This document shows positions 25,301 through 35,346 of a DNA stretch of 64,000 nt, one piece after another (the first letter of the stretch is position 1; the number at the start of each line of letters is the position of its first letter). The notes below the pieces were generated by a model. The model saw nothing but the letters and a program-made list of their open reading frames with translations. It did no database searches and was not told the origin of the DNA. Source of the DNA: Selaginella moellendorffii (taxonomy: Eukaryota > Plantae > Lycopodiophyta); NCBI RefSeq assembly GCF_000143415.4, contig NW_003314384.1, positions 310,001 through 374,000 on the forward strand, read 5' to 3'. The translations under genes and the position numbers were made by a program.

Positions 25301-25880
25301 TTTTTCATAGTAACATTAACACTAAAGCTTTCAAGGTTATTGAAAGGTAGTTTTGTGTTTTTCAGTTTTTAATACCAAATGGAAACAAGATAGATAAGAA
25401 GTAAAAAAGTTTCACAACTAAAAAATATTTCTTTTGTTTAGTTTCACGTCGAAGAAATGTTAAACGAAGCGATTGAGGACGTACACTTTCTACAAAGGAA
25501 AATTTAGGTGAACAAATTAATTATAAATCTAATGAAGTATAATATTTTATATAAATAAAAAAATTTATTACATTGTACAATAATATTTGGTTTACTTAAA
25601 AAAATTTAGAAAATAAATAATAATTATATTTTAATATTATTTTGCAATCTTAATCCTAATACAATTGAATTCAATATATGATAACATTATAGCATTGCAA
25701 AAAAGAACAAAACTATCAAGAAAGAGTGATTCACAAATAGAGAAACACAACTTGAATTAGTTTGGATTTTGTTTTATGGTTTTAACATCATCTAAATTAT
25801 ATTCAGAGAGATATATAGTAGGCTAAATATAATAATACAAGCTCATGAATAAAGAAACTAATTATTACAAATAAGCTGGC
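22320..25880. other. Extremely AT-rich, CG-poor island with no ORF of 60 aa or more; probably a decayed TE or foreign DNA
   Basis: Abrupt compositional shift from the flanking genes, long A/T runs, very few CG dinucleotides, empty ORF track. Confidence 0.6.
23638..23754 (+). repeat. About 56-bp imperfect tandem duplication
   Basis: aatccatgtttataatcctat...gtataattctttggcaattgaaat occurs twice. Confidence 0.85.
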
Positions 25881-26734
25881 TATATAAAAGCGACCCTTGT
25901 ACTGGAAACCAGGGATTTCTTCTCTTGTCTAGTAGATTTTTGATTTTGTGATTTTTGGCTCAGTTTGATTGAAATCCACTTTTGTTCTGTTTCTGTTCTT
26001 CTGCATCTTGATTTTTTCAGATCTGTTCTTTTTCAGTTTCCCTATGGAGCAACGGTCCCATCTCGATCGAGGATGCTGTTCTCCAGCTCCAAGTCGACAA
26101 CCAACAACTTTGAACAGCTCTCCTTCAACTCCAGTAATCAGCGTCTTAATCCTCGACACCGAGCCCAAGATCAGCTTCCCCAAAAAGTTCACTAGATGAC
26201 GGATCGGATCTACGGGGGTTCTTGAACCAGATGGACCTGATCTTCAGACTCCAGCCTCGGTGCTACCCCTCTGCAAATTCGCAAATTGGCGTCATCGGCA
26301 CACTTCTGGAAGTGCTGCCCTGTCTTGGTTTTCTCTTCTGGAGAAGGAATCCACATGTAGGGAGGTGCATGAACTGCATGACCTTGCACTATTTAAGGAG
26401 CACATCTCGGTGTGCTTTGGCAATACGCACCGGATTCACTCGGTAACCATCAAGATTTAATGACTCTTGCAGGGGCCTCAATCTATGCTACAGATTTTTG
26501 CCTCCTCACCATATACACACTTTGGGAAGAATGGATCAGTTCTACCATGGTCTGCGTGAGGATTTCAAGGATCTGTTAATGACGATGGAGGACATCACAG
26601 ATCCCATCAACAAGGCAGTGCACGGCAATAATCGATTATTCAAGCGACGATGTGTGGAGCGTATCACCCTTGGTTTATGCAACTACTGCGGTCACCGTTG
26701 CATCCACAGGCCTGTATTTGTGGAGTGTAGATAG
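25881..26734 (+). mobile_element. Decayed Ty3/gypsy LTR retrotransposon: LTR-like TATA segment and gag remnant
   Basis: EPKISFPKKF...FLNQMDLIFRLQPRCYPSANSQIGVIGTLL, AALSWF, DQFYHGLREDFKDLL, knuckle-like GLCNYCG. Frameshifts and stops throughout. TATATAAAAG at 25881. Confidence 0.75.
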
Positions 26735-27430
26735 CTGCGGCGCATGAAGCTGGGTCAAGAAGGAGCAAGCAGCAGCGGTTTTACTCGCCTACCACTTCCG
26801 CGAGCCGCCAACAACAAGAAGCGCCGCCACAAATGCCTGCTGCCGCCGCCGATGCGCGAGCCGTCGTCCTCCACCCAGGCAGCAGCGCATCTGGGCTGGC
26901 TAGGGCGGCGCCATCGCCATGAAGTAAGGAATCTCAAGCCAAAGCCTTTTGTATGCTTGAAAATTGTGGCCAGCCCAGCCACCTTTCTTCTCCGTCTTTG
27001 GAGGGGCCAATGTTCCAATGGCTGCCATATTGAAAATCAGGCCTCAATAATCCTTTTTGTAATCTGTCAACCAAATCAAGTTCATGTTATTCAGAGAATC
27101 TAGAATAAATCAATTGAGCCTGAAACTTGCTGATTCAAAGATATGCGGTTTGGCCGCAAATATAGGCTTGGAGCCTGACCTGGTTGAAGAGATAAATTCA
27201 TCATTAAAGGATAAAAGTTTAAGTTTTGTTAATTAAAGATTAACTCTATTTAGCTGGTACGGCATCGCTGGATCGCAATGGAATGGCCGATGTCAGGCAG
27301 AGAAGAAAACCACCCGAAGGTGTTGATTGAAAGAGATGAATGGACGGACTCTTTTCCTGGAGAAAACTTGCTCAAGGTGACAGAAGATGCGAGAGATGAG
27401 CTCGGCAAGCCTTTGCTTGATCACGATTCA

Positions 27431-27574
27431 CAATCAGTCAGGCGTTGTATACATGTAAAGGCTAGAGATGAGGTCGTCCCGCTGTTCCAGCTCCTAGGTA
27501 GTCAATCAGTCAGGCATTGTATACATGTAGAGGCTAGAGATGAGGTCGTCCCGCTGTTCCAGCTCCTTGGTAGC
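27431..27574 (+). repeat. 72-bp tandem duplication (2 copies)
   Basis: caatcagtcaggc(g/a)ttgtatacatgta...ccagctcct(a/t)ggtag at 27431 and 27503. Confidence 0.9.
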
Positions 27575-27772
27575 GGCGCCGCGGCGTTGTGGCCCTGCTC
27601 TTTCTTCCTCAGTATTAAATGTGAGCCTCTAGTCCTGAATACACGCAAAGGACTATTGACAGAGCCTCCCGTTAAATGGACGGGAGAAGGAGTGTGCTGG
27701 AGAAAAAACAAAAAGAAAGGCTGATGCCACGTCACCGCCAAGTAAGCGGAGAGAGAGTGAATCAAGGGGAGG

Positions 27773-27902
27773 CGTTCCTGTCGCATCCAGGAAATTAAAA
27801 AGAAGCATTTCCAAAAGCCTGCGACAGGAACGGCTTCTGTGCCTCCCGTGTCGCGGCTTCTTTTTTAATTTCCCGGATGCGACAGGAACGGCTTCTGTGC
27901 CT
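27773..27902. repeat. About 34-bp inverted repeat (fold-back) with an internal 25-bp direct repeat
   Basis: cgttcctgtcgcatccaggaaattaaaaagaagc (27773-27806) against gcttcttttttaatttcccggatgcgacaggaacg (27856-27890). tgcgacaggaacggcttctgtgcct occurs at 27820 and 27878. Confidence 0.85.
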
Positions 27903-27994
27903 TAATGGTCGTGAATGGGTCCTTCCTGGCAGTGGCGACTTGAAGTCTTGCTATTACACATATCGGGGCTATTTACCGATAGTCGAATTGTTTG

Positions 27995-29908
27995 ATGGCT
28001 TGGATCGTCGCCCTTCTCGTACTGGGGATTCTTCACATTCACTTGGGAGCAGCGGAAGTATCAGTGCAACGGGGTGAACTGGCTGGAGTAAACAGCTCCA
28101 GAGCAGTTCTAAGCATGAGCGGTGATACGTCTCAGAAGTCCACCTGGTGGCAGTTCATTCCGCACCTCAAATCGCATCCAGAGGCCTTCTTGAGGTACTT
28201 GGTTTCAATTCCCATTCCAGAAGAGGAGCTGGGCAGTGTAGAACAGGTATGTGACAAGGACTATCTGAAAGAGATCCGTGATAGGGGAGGGCTCTCAGCA
28301 ACCAGGAATGCATCCATCGCAGAGTATGAGTCCTCCGAGCACATCAAGGGTCTGGGAACCATGAAGATCACCATGTGGCTGCTGGCATTTGTCTGCCTGC
28401 AGGAAAACCGGCAGGCCGAATCTACATTAGATGCCGCCTGTGAACCAATTGCACCAGTTGTTCTGCGGGTTACTCCTCAAGATTATGATCAGGAAATCAG
28501 AAACTGGACAAGGTACTCACCAACATACTTCAGCTTGTGGGAGGTAGTCAGTGACAACAGTAATGCCCAACGGGTCACAAACACGGTTCCCTCCAGGATA
28601 CTGGAGTTTCCAACTGAGTACTATACAAACACACAATCAGAGTCAGGGTTTCAAGCTAGAACTCTAGCATGGGAAAGCTACAGAGACTTACCAAACTGTG
28701 GCAACTTAGGATTTGACATCTTTGCTGATCGAGGTGAGGTTGCGCTGACTGATAAAGGAGCCCGCTTACCATCTCCAAGCGTGAGAAAAGCTCCTGAAGC
28801 AGGTGTGTACAACTATGGTGGAGTCGCCAAATGTTATAGAATGGATGAAGAGTTCAAGAACGCCACCGGCAGTGAGCTTCTCACTGTCCTGGGACCGGCC
28901 TTTCTTCCGGGCAAGATTGTTGGAGGCTGCCAAAGCGAGTCACCCTTTCTGTTTTCCAACCAGTCGGGCTACTACGCTTGCTACAGTGAGCAGCTGAATG
29001 CTACTGTAACCACACGCAGCTCGTGGAGATTCCACTGCGTACACTTCGACTGTGGCGAGAAAGAAGTGAAAGCCAGTCTTGTGCCGTATTTCAAAGCCGT
29101 CTATGAAGCTCCCAGGAACGAGACCAATACACTGGTACCTTTGCGAAGACAGAGCTGCTCAGGACTTTCATCTATCTGGGTGCGAACAACGAACAGTCCG
29201 TCATCCAACTTTCCTCTCTATGATGCACCAGTATGTGAAAATAGAAGGGCAGCCAAGCCGGAAATGTGCTTGTGGGGAATAGATCCACCCCAGGATCTGC
29301 TGCAAACAAGTTCGGACGTAGACATTCTTAGCTCGTTGCTCTCTCAAGTTAAAGCGTCGTACATTGCTGAGCATCTCTCGCTTCTGAACCTGGAGCAAGG
29401 TTCTCCCGCGGAGTTCTGGGTGGTGGCCATAACTCTCCCCAGTGCTTTCATCGCAGTTGTTGCGGGAGTGGTGCCATTGACAGATGCACAGTTGAAGCTG
29501 GTGCGAGGTGTGAGAGTCTCTTCACGCTTGAAAATAGGGCTTTTGTGCTGCTGCAACCTGGTCCTGGCCATTGTTTCCTACTCCGCTGTTGTGGCTTTGA
29601 CGCCGACTGAGTTGCAAAGAGAGAAGAGTTTCAGGAGCTGGGCACTACACGCTGACCAAGTGCAGGTGACAAGCCATGGATTGCGAGTGCTGGTTGTTGC
29701 TCAGGGCGAATCGACTTACAAATCAAATAGTCTCCTGCTCGCATGGGTGTCCACGGCGGTTTTGATGCCAGTGGTCCTTTTGATCACCTTCCTGAGATGC
29801 AGGCAGGAGCTTAGAACTCTTCAAAGCCATAGGAGGGGCAGTTTGAGTGGGATGCAGCTTCCTTCACGAACACTAAAGAGGTTTTTGAGATCCTATAGTC
29901 TAATATGA
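27995..29908 (+). CDS. Intronless hypothetical membrane protein: signal peptide, Cys-rich ectodomain, about 3 C-terminal TM helices
   Basis: 637-aa open frame. Hydrophobic N-terminus MAWIVALLVLGILHIHLGAA, many N-x-S/T sites, hydrophobic segments FWVVAITLPSAFIAVVAGVV, IGLLCCCNLVLAIVSYSAVVAL, LLLAWVSTAVLMPVVLLITFL. Confidence 0.75.
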   Translation: MAWIVALLVLGILHIHLGAAEVSVQRGELAGVNSSRAVLSMSGDTSQKSTWWQFIPHLKSHPEAFLRYLVSIPIPEEELGSVEQVCDKDYLKEIRDRGGLSATRNASIAEYESSEHIKGLGTMKITMWLLAFVCLQENRQAESTLDAACEPIAPVVLRVTPQDYDQEIRNWTRYSPTYFSLWEVVSDNSNAQRVTNTVPSRILEFPTEYYTNTQSESGFQARTLAWESYRDLPNCGNLGFDIFADRGEVALTDKGARLPSPSVRKAPEAGVYNYGGVAKCYRMDEEFKNATGSELLTVLGPAFLPGKIVGGCQSESPFLFSNQSGYYACYSEQLNATVTTRSSWRFHCVHFDCGEKEVKASLVPYFKAVYEAPRNETNTLVPLRRQSCSGLSSIWVRTTNSPSSNFPLYDAPVCENRRAAKPEMCLWGIDPPQDLLQTSSDVDILSSLLSQVKASYIAEHLSLLNLEQGSPAEFWVVAITLPSAFIAVVAGVVPLTDAQLKLVRGVRVSSRLKIGLLCCCNLVLAIVSYSAVVALTPTELQREKSFRSWALHADQVQVTSHGLRVLVVAQGESTYKSNSLLLAWVSTAVLMPVVLLITFLRCRQELRTLQSHRRGSLSGMQLPSRTLKRFLRSYSLI

Positions 29909-31076
29909 CCAAACTTTTGGGTTTTAATGGTATTAAGGGCTTAAGTTTGGATTAAGTGAGAATTAATGTTGCCCATACCTTCATGCAATATGATGGTTAC
30001 CAACGACACCAAAGCCATTAGAACCTCACTTGCATATACTCATTCCATATGAATGAATCTAGGATTCCATAGCTGATCAGGTTGACTCTTATGCATTCTA
30101 TATTCTTTCATTTCAAGCATAATCTCAACTCCTCTTTATATATTATATAGAGTTATAAGGAGATACTTAATTACATTTATAACACCACCAAATTTTCCTC
30201 CATCACAACATAGTTATACCCAGTAATCTTGAAATGAAAGAATATACTACAAAATGAATTTTATTTTTAATTATAAAAATTATTAATTGTTAATAAATAT
30301 TTCTTTTTTTCTCTCTCGGGACCATCGCGAAACAAAACACTGACAGCATCCTCGAGCAGCTCCGCATCCGTCACCTACGCAACTCCTTCCGCTTCCAGGC
30401 AACCAAGAACATCCGTCAGGTAGTGTCTCACATCTTTGAGTAGACCCCCAAACGAGGCGCCCGTTTCGCACCACCCTCTGCCACTCTTCGAAGGAATGTA
30501 CTTGGAAGGACTGCACATAGTGGCAGCAAACACCCACCAGTCCCTTGAGCTCCAGTATCCTTCTGCCATTGATCAGTTGCCATCTTCCTCACTGGGCGCA
30601 TTCACAATATCCGCTGATTCGTCTTCCTGCCACTCGGGATGTTTAGCTTGAAAAGAAAAGGCAGCGTATGCATCCGTATGTCGCTTGCATCAAGGAGCTC
30701 AATCTCCCTGCTACTCTCGACCGAAAGCAGAGATACAAGTCACATCCTCCAGGATCCTATCTGCAATAACTTCCTTGAGAATCGGCAAGCCACAGAGCAC
30801 AAAGCCCCGCAAGTTGAAGATGCCCAAACTGTTCCACGCCACGCCTTGCATTCTTGTTCAGCTCGGACAGAAAGCTATGAATGATGCAAGGCCTTTTGAT
30901 CTCCGCCAGACGCTGATCCTCGTCAACCAGCCAGTGATCTGCTTGCCCGGATCCTGTGGAAACATCTGCACAACTCCCAGATCGAGCCATGAGATCAAAG
31001 TCGACCCCGTAGTAATGAATCGTCACCAGAAGGATTTCATTCTAGAATCAAGCCCTAAATTTATAGTCGCTATGGA

Positions 31077-33626
31077 ATGCAGCAGCGGCAGTGGGCGTTG
31101 CTTGTGCGCCAGTGTAGATCCGTGGCCGAGGGAAAGCAGCTGGAGCGGAGGCTGGGCGAGGCCGGTTTGGAGTGCGACACCTATCTGGGCAATCTGCTGG
31201 TCCAGATGTACGCCGCCTGCGGCCAGATCGAGGAGGCGAGGCAAGTGTTTGAGAGGATTCCGCGGAAGAACAGGTTTTCCTGGAACACTATGCTTGGTGC
31301 GAGCATCACACGGGAAGAGGAGGCGAAATGGCTGTTTGACATGATGCCGGAGAGGGATGTTGTGTCGTGGAATGCCATGCTCACTGCATATGCCGCCTGT
31401 GGGCATCTTGGGAAAGCTGATGAGTTATTTTCTTGCATGCGAGAGCGCAACTCCGTGTCGTGGACGGGGATGGTGGCGGCCTATTCTAGCGATGGCCGAA
31501 TTGCGGAAGCGATACAGATCCTGGAAGTGATGCCTCAGCATGGAATTGTGGCCTGGAATGCGATCATCACGGCGTGTGCACGGCTCGGGCATTGCGACAC
31601 GGCTCTCGGGATGTTTCACGACATGGAGTTGGAGGGCGTAGAACCTGACAGGGTGACAATGCTGGCTGTGTCTGATGCTTGCGCGTCGTCACTGGAGAAG
31701 GAGAGTCACGAGGAGACAATGTCAGCATCTGTGGGTCAAGTGGCTGCACGAATGAAACGATTTTTGCCCGACACTGTGGTGGCGACTGCGCTCGTCCGCA
31801 TGTATGGCCGGTGCCACAGGGTAGCGGAGGCGGAGAGTGTGTTCCGGGACATCGCCAACAAGAGTATCGTGTCTTGGAACGTCATGCTTTCGGCCTTCGC
31901 CCGGAACGGCTGCGTGGAGGACGCAAGTGCCTTGTTTCATGCGATTCCGGACGGGGACAAGAACACCGTGTCCTGGAACGCTCTCCTGTCCGCCTACAAC
32001 TATGCTCAAGGAGGGAGTAATGTGGCCAATGCTTGGAAGGTGTTCGAGGAAATGCCGTTGCGGGACGTCGTGTCGTGGACGACGCTGGTGTCAGTGTGTG
32101 CCAGGAATGGGAGCGTGGAAGAAGCCGTGGCTCTGTTTGACAAGATGCCGCAGCGGAGTAGGGTCTCGTGGAACTCAATCGTCTCCGGGCTTTCGCAGAA
32201 CGGTCGCGGAAGGAAGGCTCTACAGGTGTTCAAAGTGATGGTATTGGAAGGTGTGGAAGCCGATAGTGTGTGCTTCGCCAGTGTTCTTGGTGCCTGTGCT
32301 GACATGGAGGACTTGGAACAAGGGAGTCTAGTCCACCAGGAGATCACTAGCACCAGTGACGGCAACACATTGATCGCAACTGCGGTGGTAAACATGTATG
32401 GGAAGTGTGGCCAGGTGAGCGAGGCCAAGAGCGCCTTCGACCAGATCTCACGCAAGACCAGCGTTGCTTGGAACACTCTGCTGTCCATCTACGGCCTCAA
32501 TGCCAAAGTGGCCGAAGCCAAAGAACTCTTCAGCACGATGCCGGGGTGGAACAGCGTGTCGTGGACGAGCATGGTGGTGGCATTGGCTCAGAATGGTCTC
32601 TTGGACGAGGCAAGGGACATGTTTGAGCAGCTTCCAGAGCGCACGCTCGTGTCGTGGAACGCCATGCTCACAGCCTACGCTCAGAACAAGCACGGCAGAC
32701 AAGCGCTCTCGCTCCTGGCGGCCATGGACAGCGAGGGAGTCACGAAGCCAGACCGGGTCACCTTGATAACAGCCTTGAACGCCTGTGCGGACGTTGGAGC
32801 TCTAGCACAAGGCAAGGAGCTTCACCAGGCCGTGGACGAGGAGATGAGCTACAAGCATCGCGCTGATGTTTCGGTCGCCACCGCCCTGCTCAACATGTAT
32901 GGGAGGTGTGGAAGCGTCGAGCAGGCGAGAAGACTGTTTGAGGCGATGCCAAGGCACGACATTGTGTCGTGGACGGCCATCGTCTCGGCGTATGCACGGT
33001 GTCGCCAAGCCAAGGTCTCGCTCGAGCTCTTCCGGGCCATGGAACTGGAGGGCATGCTTCCCAACGAGATCAGCTTCGTGAGCATCGTGTCGGCTTGTAG
33101 CGCTGCGAGCCTTGTGGAGGACGGCCGGACCTTCTTCCGCCTCATCTACCGGTATGCCGCAGGGCCGAGCATGGAGCAGTGGGCATGCATGGTGGAGCTC
33201 CTGGGTCGGTCGGGGCAGCTGACCAAGGCCGAGGAGGTGCTGGAAAACATGCCCCTGGAGCCCGATGCCTCTGTGTGGAGAGCGCTGGTGGCGGCGTCCA
33301 GGCTTCACAACGACAACGAGCGGGCGAGGCGTGCGGCACGAAATGCTGCCATGCTTGTGGATCCATGCCCACCGCCATCGCCATCGCCATCGCAGGGGGT
33401 TCTAGCCAGCATACAAGAGGCGCTGCTAGGGAGGACGAAGGACGAGGACGCCCTAGATCGAAAGGGAGGCGTCTCTCTAGATCACATCCCAGCCGTTGAG
33501 CCGCTTTTGGCGGGGCCGTTCGAATTTTTGAAAAGGAATGGCGCTAGAGCCGAGGGAGATTGCCATCCATCGCACTTGGATTCTCGAGACACGGCCAGAC
33601 GATCTCATCCCGGGCGACGAGTATGA
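31077..33626 (+). CDS. PLS-class PPR protein with truncated E domain and aberrant C-terminal extension
   Basis: Repeated DVVSWNAMLTAYA and ALLNMYGRCG motifs. E motif WACMVELLGRSGQL...WRALVAASRLH. Confidence 0.9.
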   Translation: MQQRQWALLVRQCRSVAEGKQLERRLGEAGLECDTYLGNLLVQMYAACGQIEEARQVFERIPRKNRFSWNTMLGASITREEEAKWLFDMMPERDVVSWNAMLTAYAACGHLGKADELFSCMRERNSVSWTGMVAAYSSDGRIAEAIQILEVMPQHGIVAWNAIITACARLGHCDTALGMFHDMELEGVEPDRVTMLAVSDACASSLEKESHEETMSASVGQVAARMKRFLPDTVVATALVRMYGRCHRVAEAESVFRDIANKSIVSWNVMLSAFARNGCVEDASALFHAIPDGDKNTVSWNALLSAYNYAQGGSNVANAWKVFEEMPLRDVVSWTTLVSVCARNGSVEEAVALFDKMPQRSRVSWNSIVSGLSQNGRGRKALQVFKVMVLEGVEADSVCFASVLGACADMEDLEQGSLVHQEITSTSDGNTLIATAVVNMYGKCGQVSEAKSAFDQISRKTSVAWNTLLSIYGLNAKVAEAKELFSTMPGWNSVSWTSMVVALAQNGLLDEARDMFEQLPERTLVSWNAMLTAYAQNKHGRQALSLLAAMDSEGVTKPDRVTLITALNACADVGALAQGKELHQAVDEEMSYKHRADVSVATALLNMYGRCGSVEQARRLFEAMPRHDIVSWTAIVSAYARCRQAKVSLELFRAMELEGMLPNEISFVSIVSACSAASLVEDGRTFFRLIYRYAAGPSMEQWACMVELLGRSGQLTKAEEVLENMPLEPDASVWRALVAASRLHNDNERARRAARNAAMLVDPCPPPSPSPSQGVLASIQEALLGRTKDEDALDRKGGVSLDHIPAVEPLLAGPFEFLKRNGARAEGDCHPSHLDSRDTARRSHPGRRV

Positions 33627-35158
33627 ATTCCTCCTCCACCACGCCGACCAAGAGGGTGGCGATGCACTGGAAGAGAGGTGCTTCAGCGCGCTTCTGCCGC
33701 TTGCAAAGAGGATGGTGGCGGATTACCGGGACCAGATTGGATGCCTGGAGAGCAGCGCCAGCCTCACTTGCTCGGGGAGAGAGCCCCACATCTTGTGTGC
33801 TCTGTGCCCCGGGAAGAAACCACTCCGGGGATGGGAGGCGCTCATACTCCACCTCAAGAACTACTGGAAGAAGCGAGTGAGGCAGCACCGCGCTTTCCTC
33901 CGCGCCTTGAAGGAGGCACTCAAGGCGGAGGTGGAATCTCTTCGGCAGGAAGTAGGCATCAAGTCGTGGCCGCCGGTTCTCCTCGTCAACAACTCGGACG
34001 AGGGTGATGGCAAGGTGAGGCGGCCGTTCAAGGGGCTCCAAGGCGAGGACGTCCCGCAAAACCTCGCGGAGCTCAAGTTACTCGAGGTGCTGGCCGTGTA
34101 TAGCAAGGGAGGAAGTGCGGCTGAGCCGAGGTTTGTGGTGGCCTATCCATCATCCGAGGTTGGTTTTGTAGATGCCAAGCAGCTGGAATTCCGAGCGAGG
34201 GACTCTGGGCCTGCGGTGGAGGAGCAACTCGTTGAAGAGAAGCACCTTGATGCTGCCGAGGAACAAGGAGAACAAGAAGAAGACGATACAGTTGCCATGA
34301 GCAAGTCGTTTTGTGGGCTGATCAAGCGTCATGAAGTATCGTCTCTGGCAGCTGCTCCTGCGCAAGATATAGCAGCGGAAGACTTGTGTGACGATGAGGA
34401 TGGCAGCAGTGGCGACGAGGAGCATGCACTTGATATGCTCAAGCTCTTGCCGATGCTCTCCGAGACACAACAGTGCGCTTACCTGCGAGAGAAGTGGGGG
34501 AAGAGCTTTGGGGCCACCAAGCAGCTCAAGCAGGCGTTCAAGCTCAACAGGTCTTTGAAGAAACCGAGAAAGGTTGGGTTCTCTTTCTTCGTTTCCAACT
34601 TTTCCTCATCGCGTCAATGTGCAGATGCAGGAGATAGAGGACAGATTCCAGCAGGAGCTCAAGAGCCTGGACCGTCTCAACGTGGATGGCAAGCTCAGGA
34701 TGAGGTTGCAGCTCGAAGAGATCGAGAAGCAGCTCAACAAGGAACGTCTCGGCTGGCTGAGAAGCGTGGATTCAGGGCGCTCCCAGCTTGATTCTACTTC
34801 TCGAGAGCTGGAGTAAGTGAACGAAATTCGTGTCATGCGGAGAAGCTGAGCGTGTGTTTTTATCTTTGCAGGGTTACAAAGAAGGCAGGTGACAAATCTA
34901 AAGATGGTGGCCACGACGACGGCAAAGAGCTCTCAGAGAAGCAAGAAAAGGCTCTTGAGGTCTCTCTCTTTTTTATTCCATTTGCTAGGCCTGAAGCTGA
35001 GAGTTTGTTGGTTTTAGGAGCGCATTCAAGCCGAGAAGAGGAAGCGTTTCCTCATTGCAAAGTACCAGCAGGAGCAAATCTCGCTCAAGAAGCAAGCTGA
35101 CTTAGCCAAGCGCGAAAGGGCTCACCTCATCAACATCTTCAGGTCCAGCAACTTTTGA
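33538..35158 (+). CDS. zf-XS/XS-domain coiled-coil protein (SGS3/IDN2-like), 4 exons
   Basis: HILCALCPGKKPLRGWEALILHLKNYWKKRVRQHRAFLRAL (zf-XS-like), WPPVLLVNN (XS start), spliced coiled-coil tail ending in TGA at 35158. Confidence 0.65.
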
Positions 35159-35346
35159 GAATGACCAATCTGTTTTTCAGGAGAGTTGAGCTGAGCGTGA
35201 GAGTTTCATAAACCAGTTTTTTCTTATGCTTCGAGCAGTGCTAATGTTGAATAAAAAGTAATAACCCACAACCGCTACCCTTCTACTGTCAAACACACCA
35301 AAAGTTTGTATTATGAAGTAGAATGTTGAGGCGATTGCGAATGAAT

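Noticed and set aside
27431-27902. Repeats as a CRISPR-like array
   Set aside because: Only 2-3 copies, no unique spacers, eukaryotic context.
30283-31076. Coding-like fragments upstream of the first PPR
   Set aside because: Multiple stops and no identifiable family.
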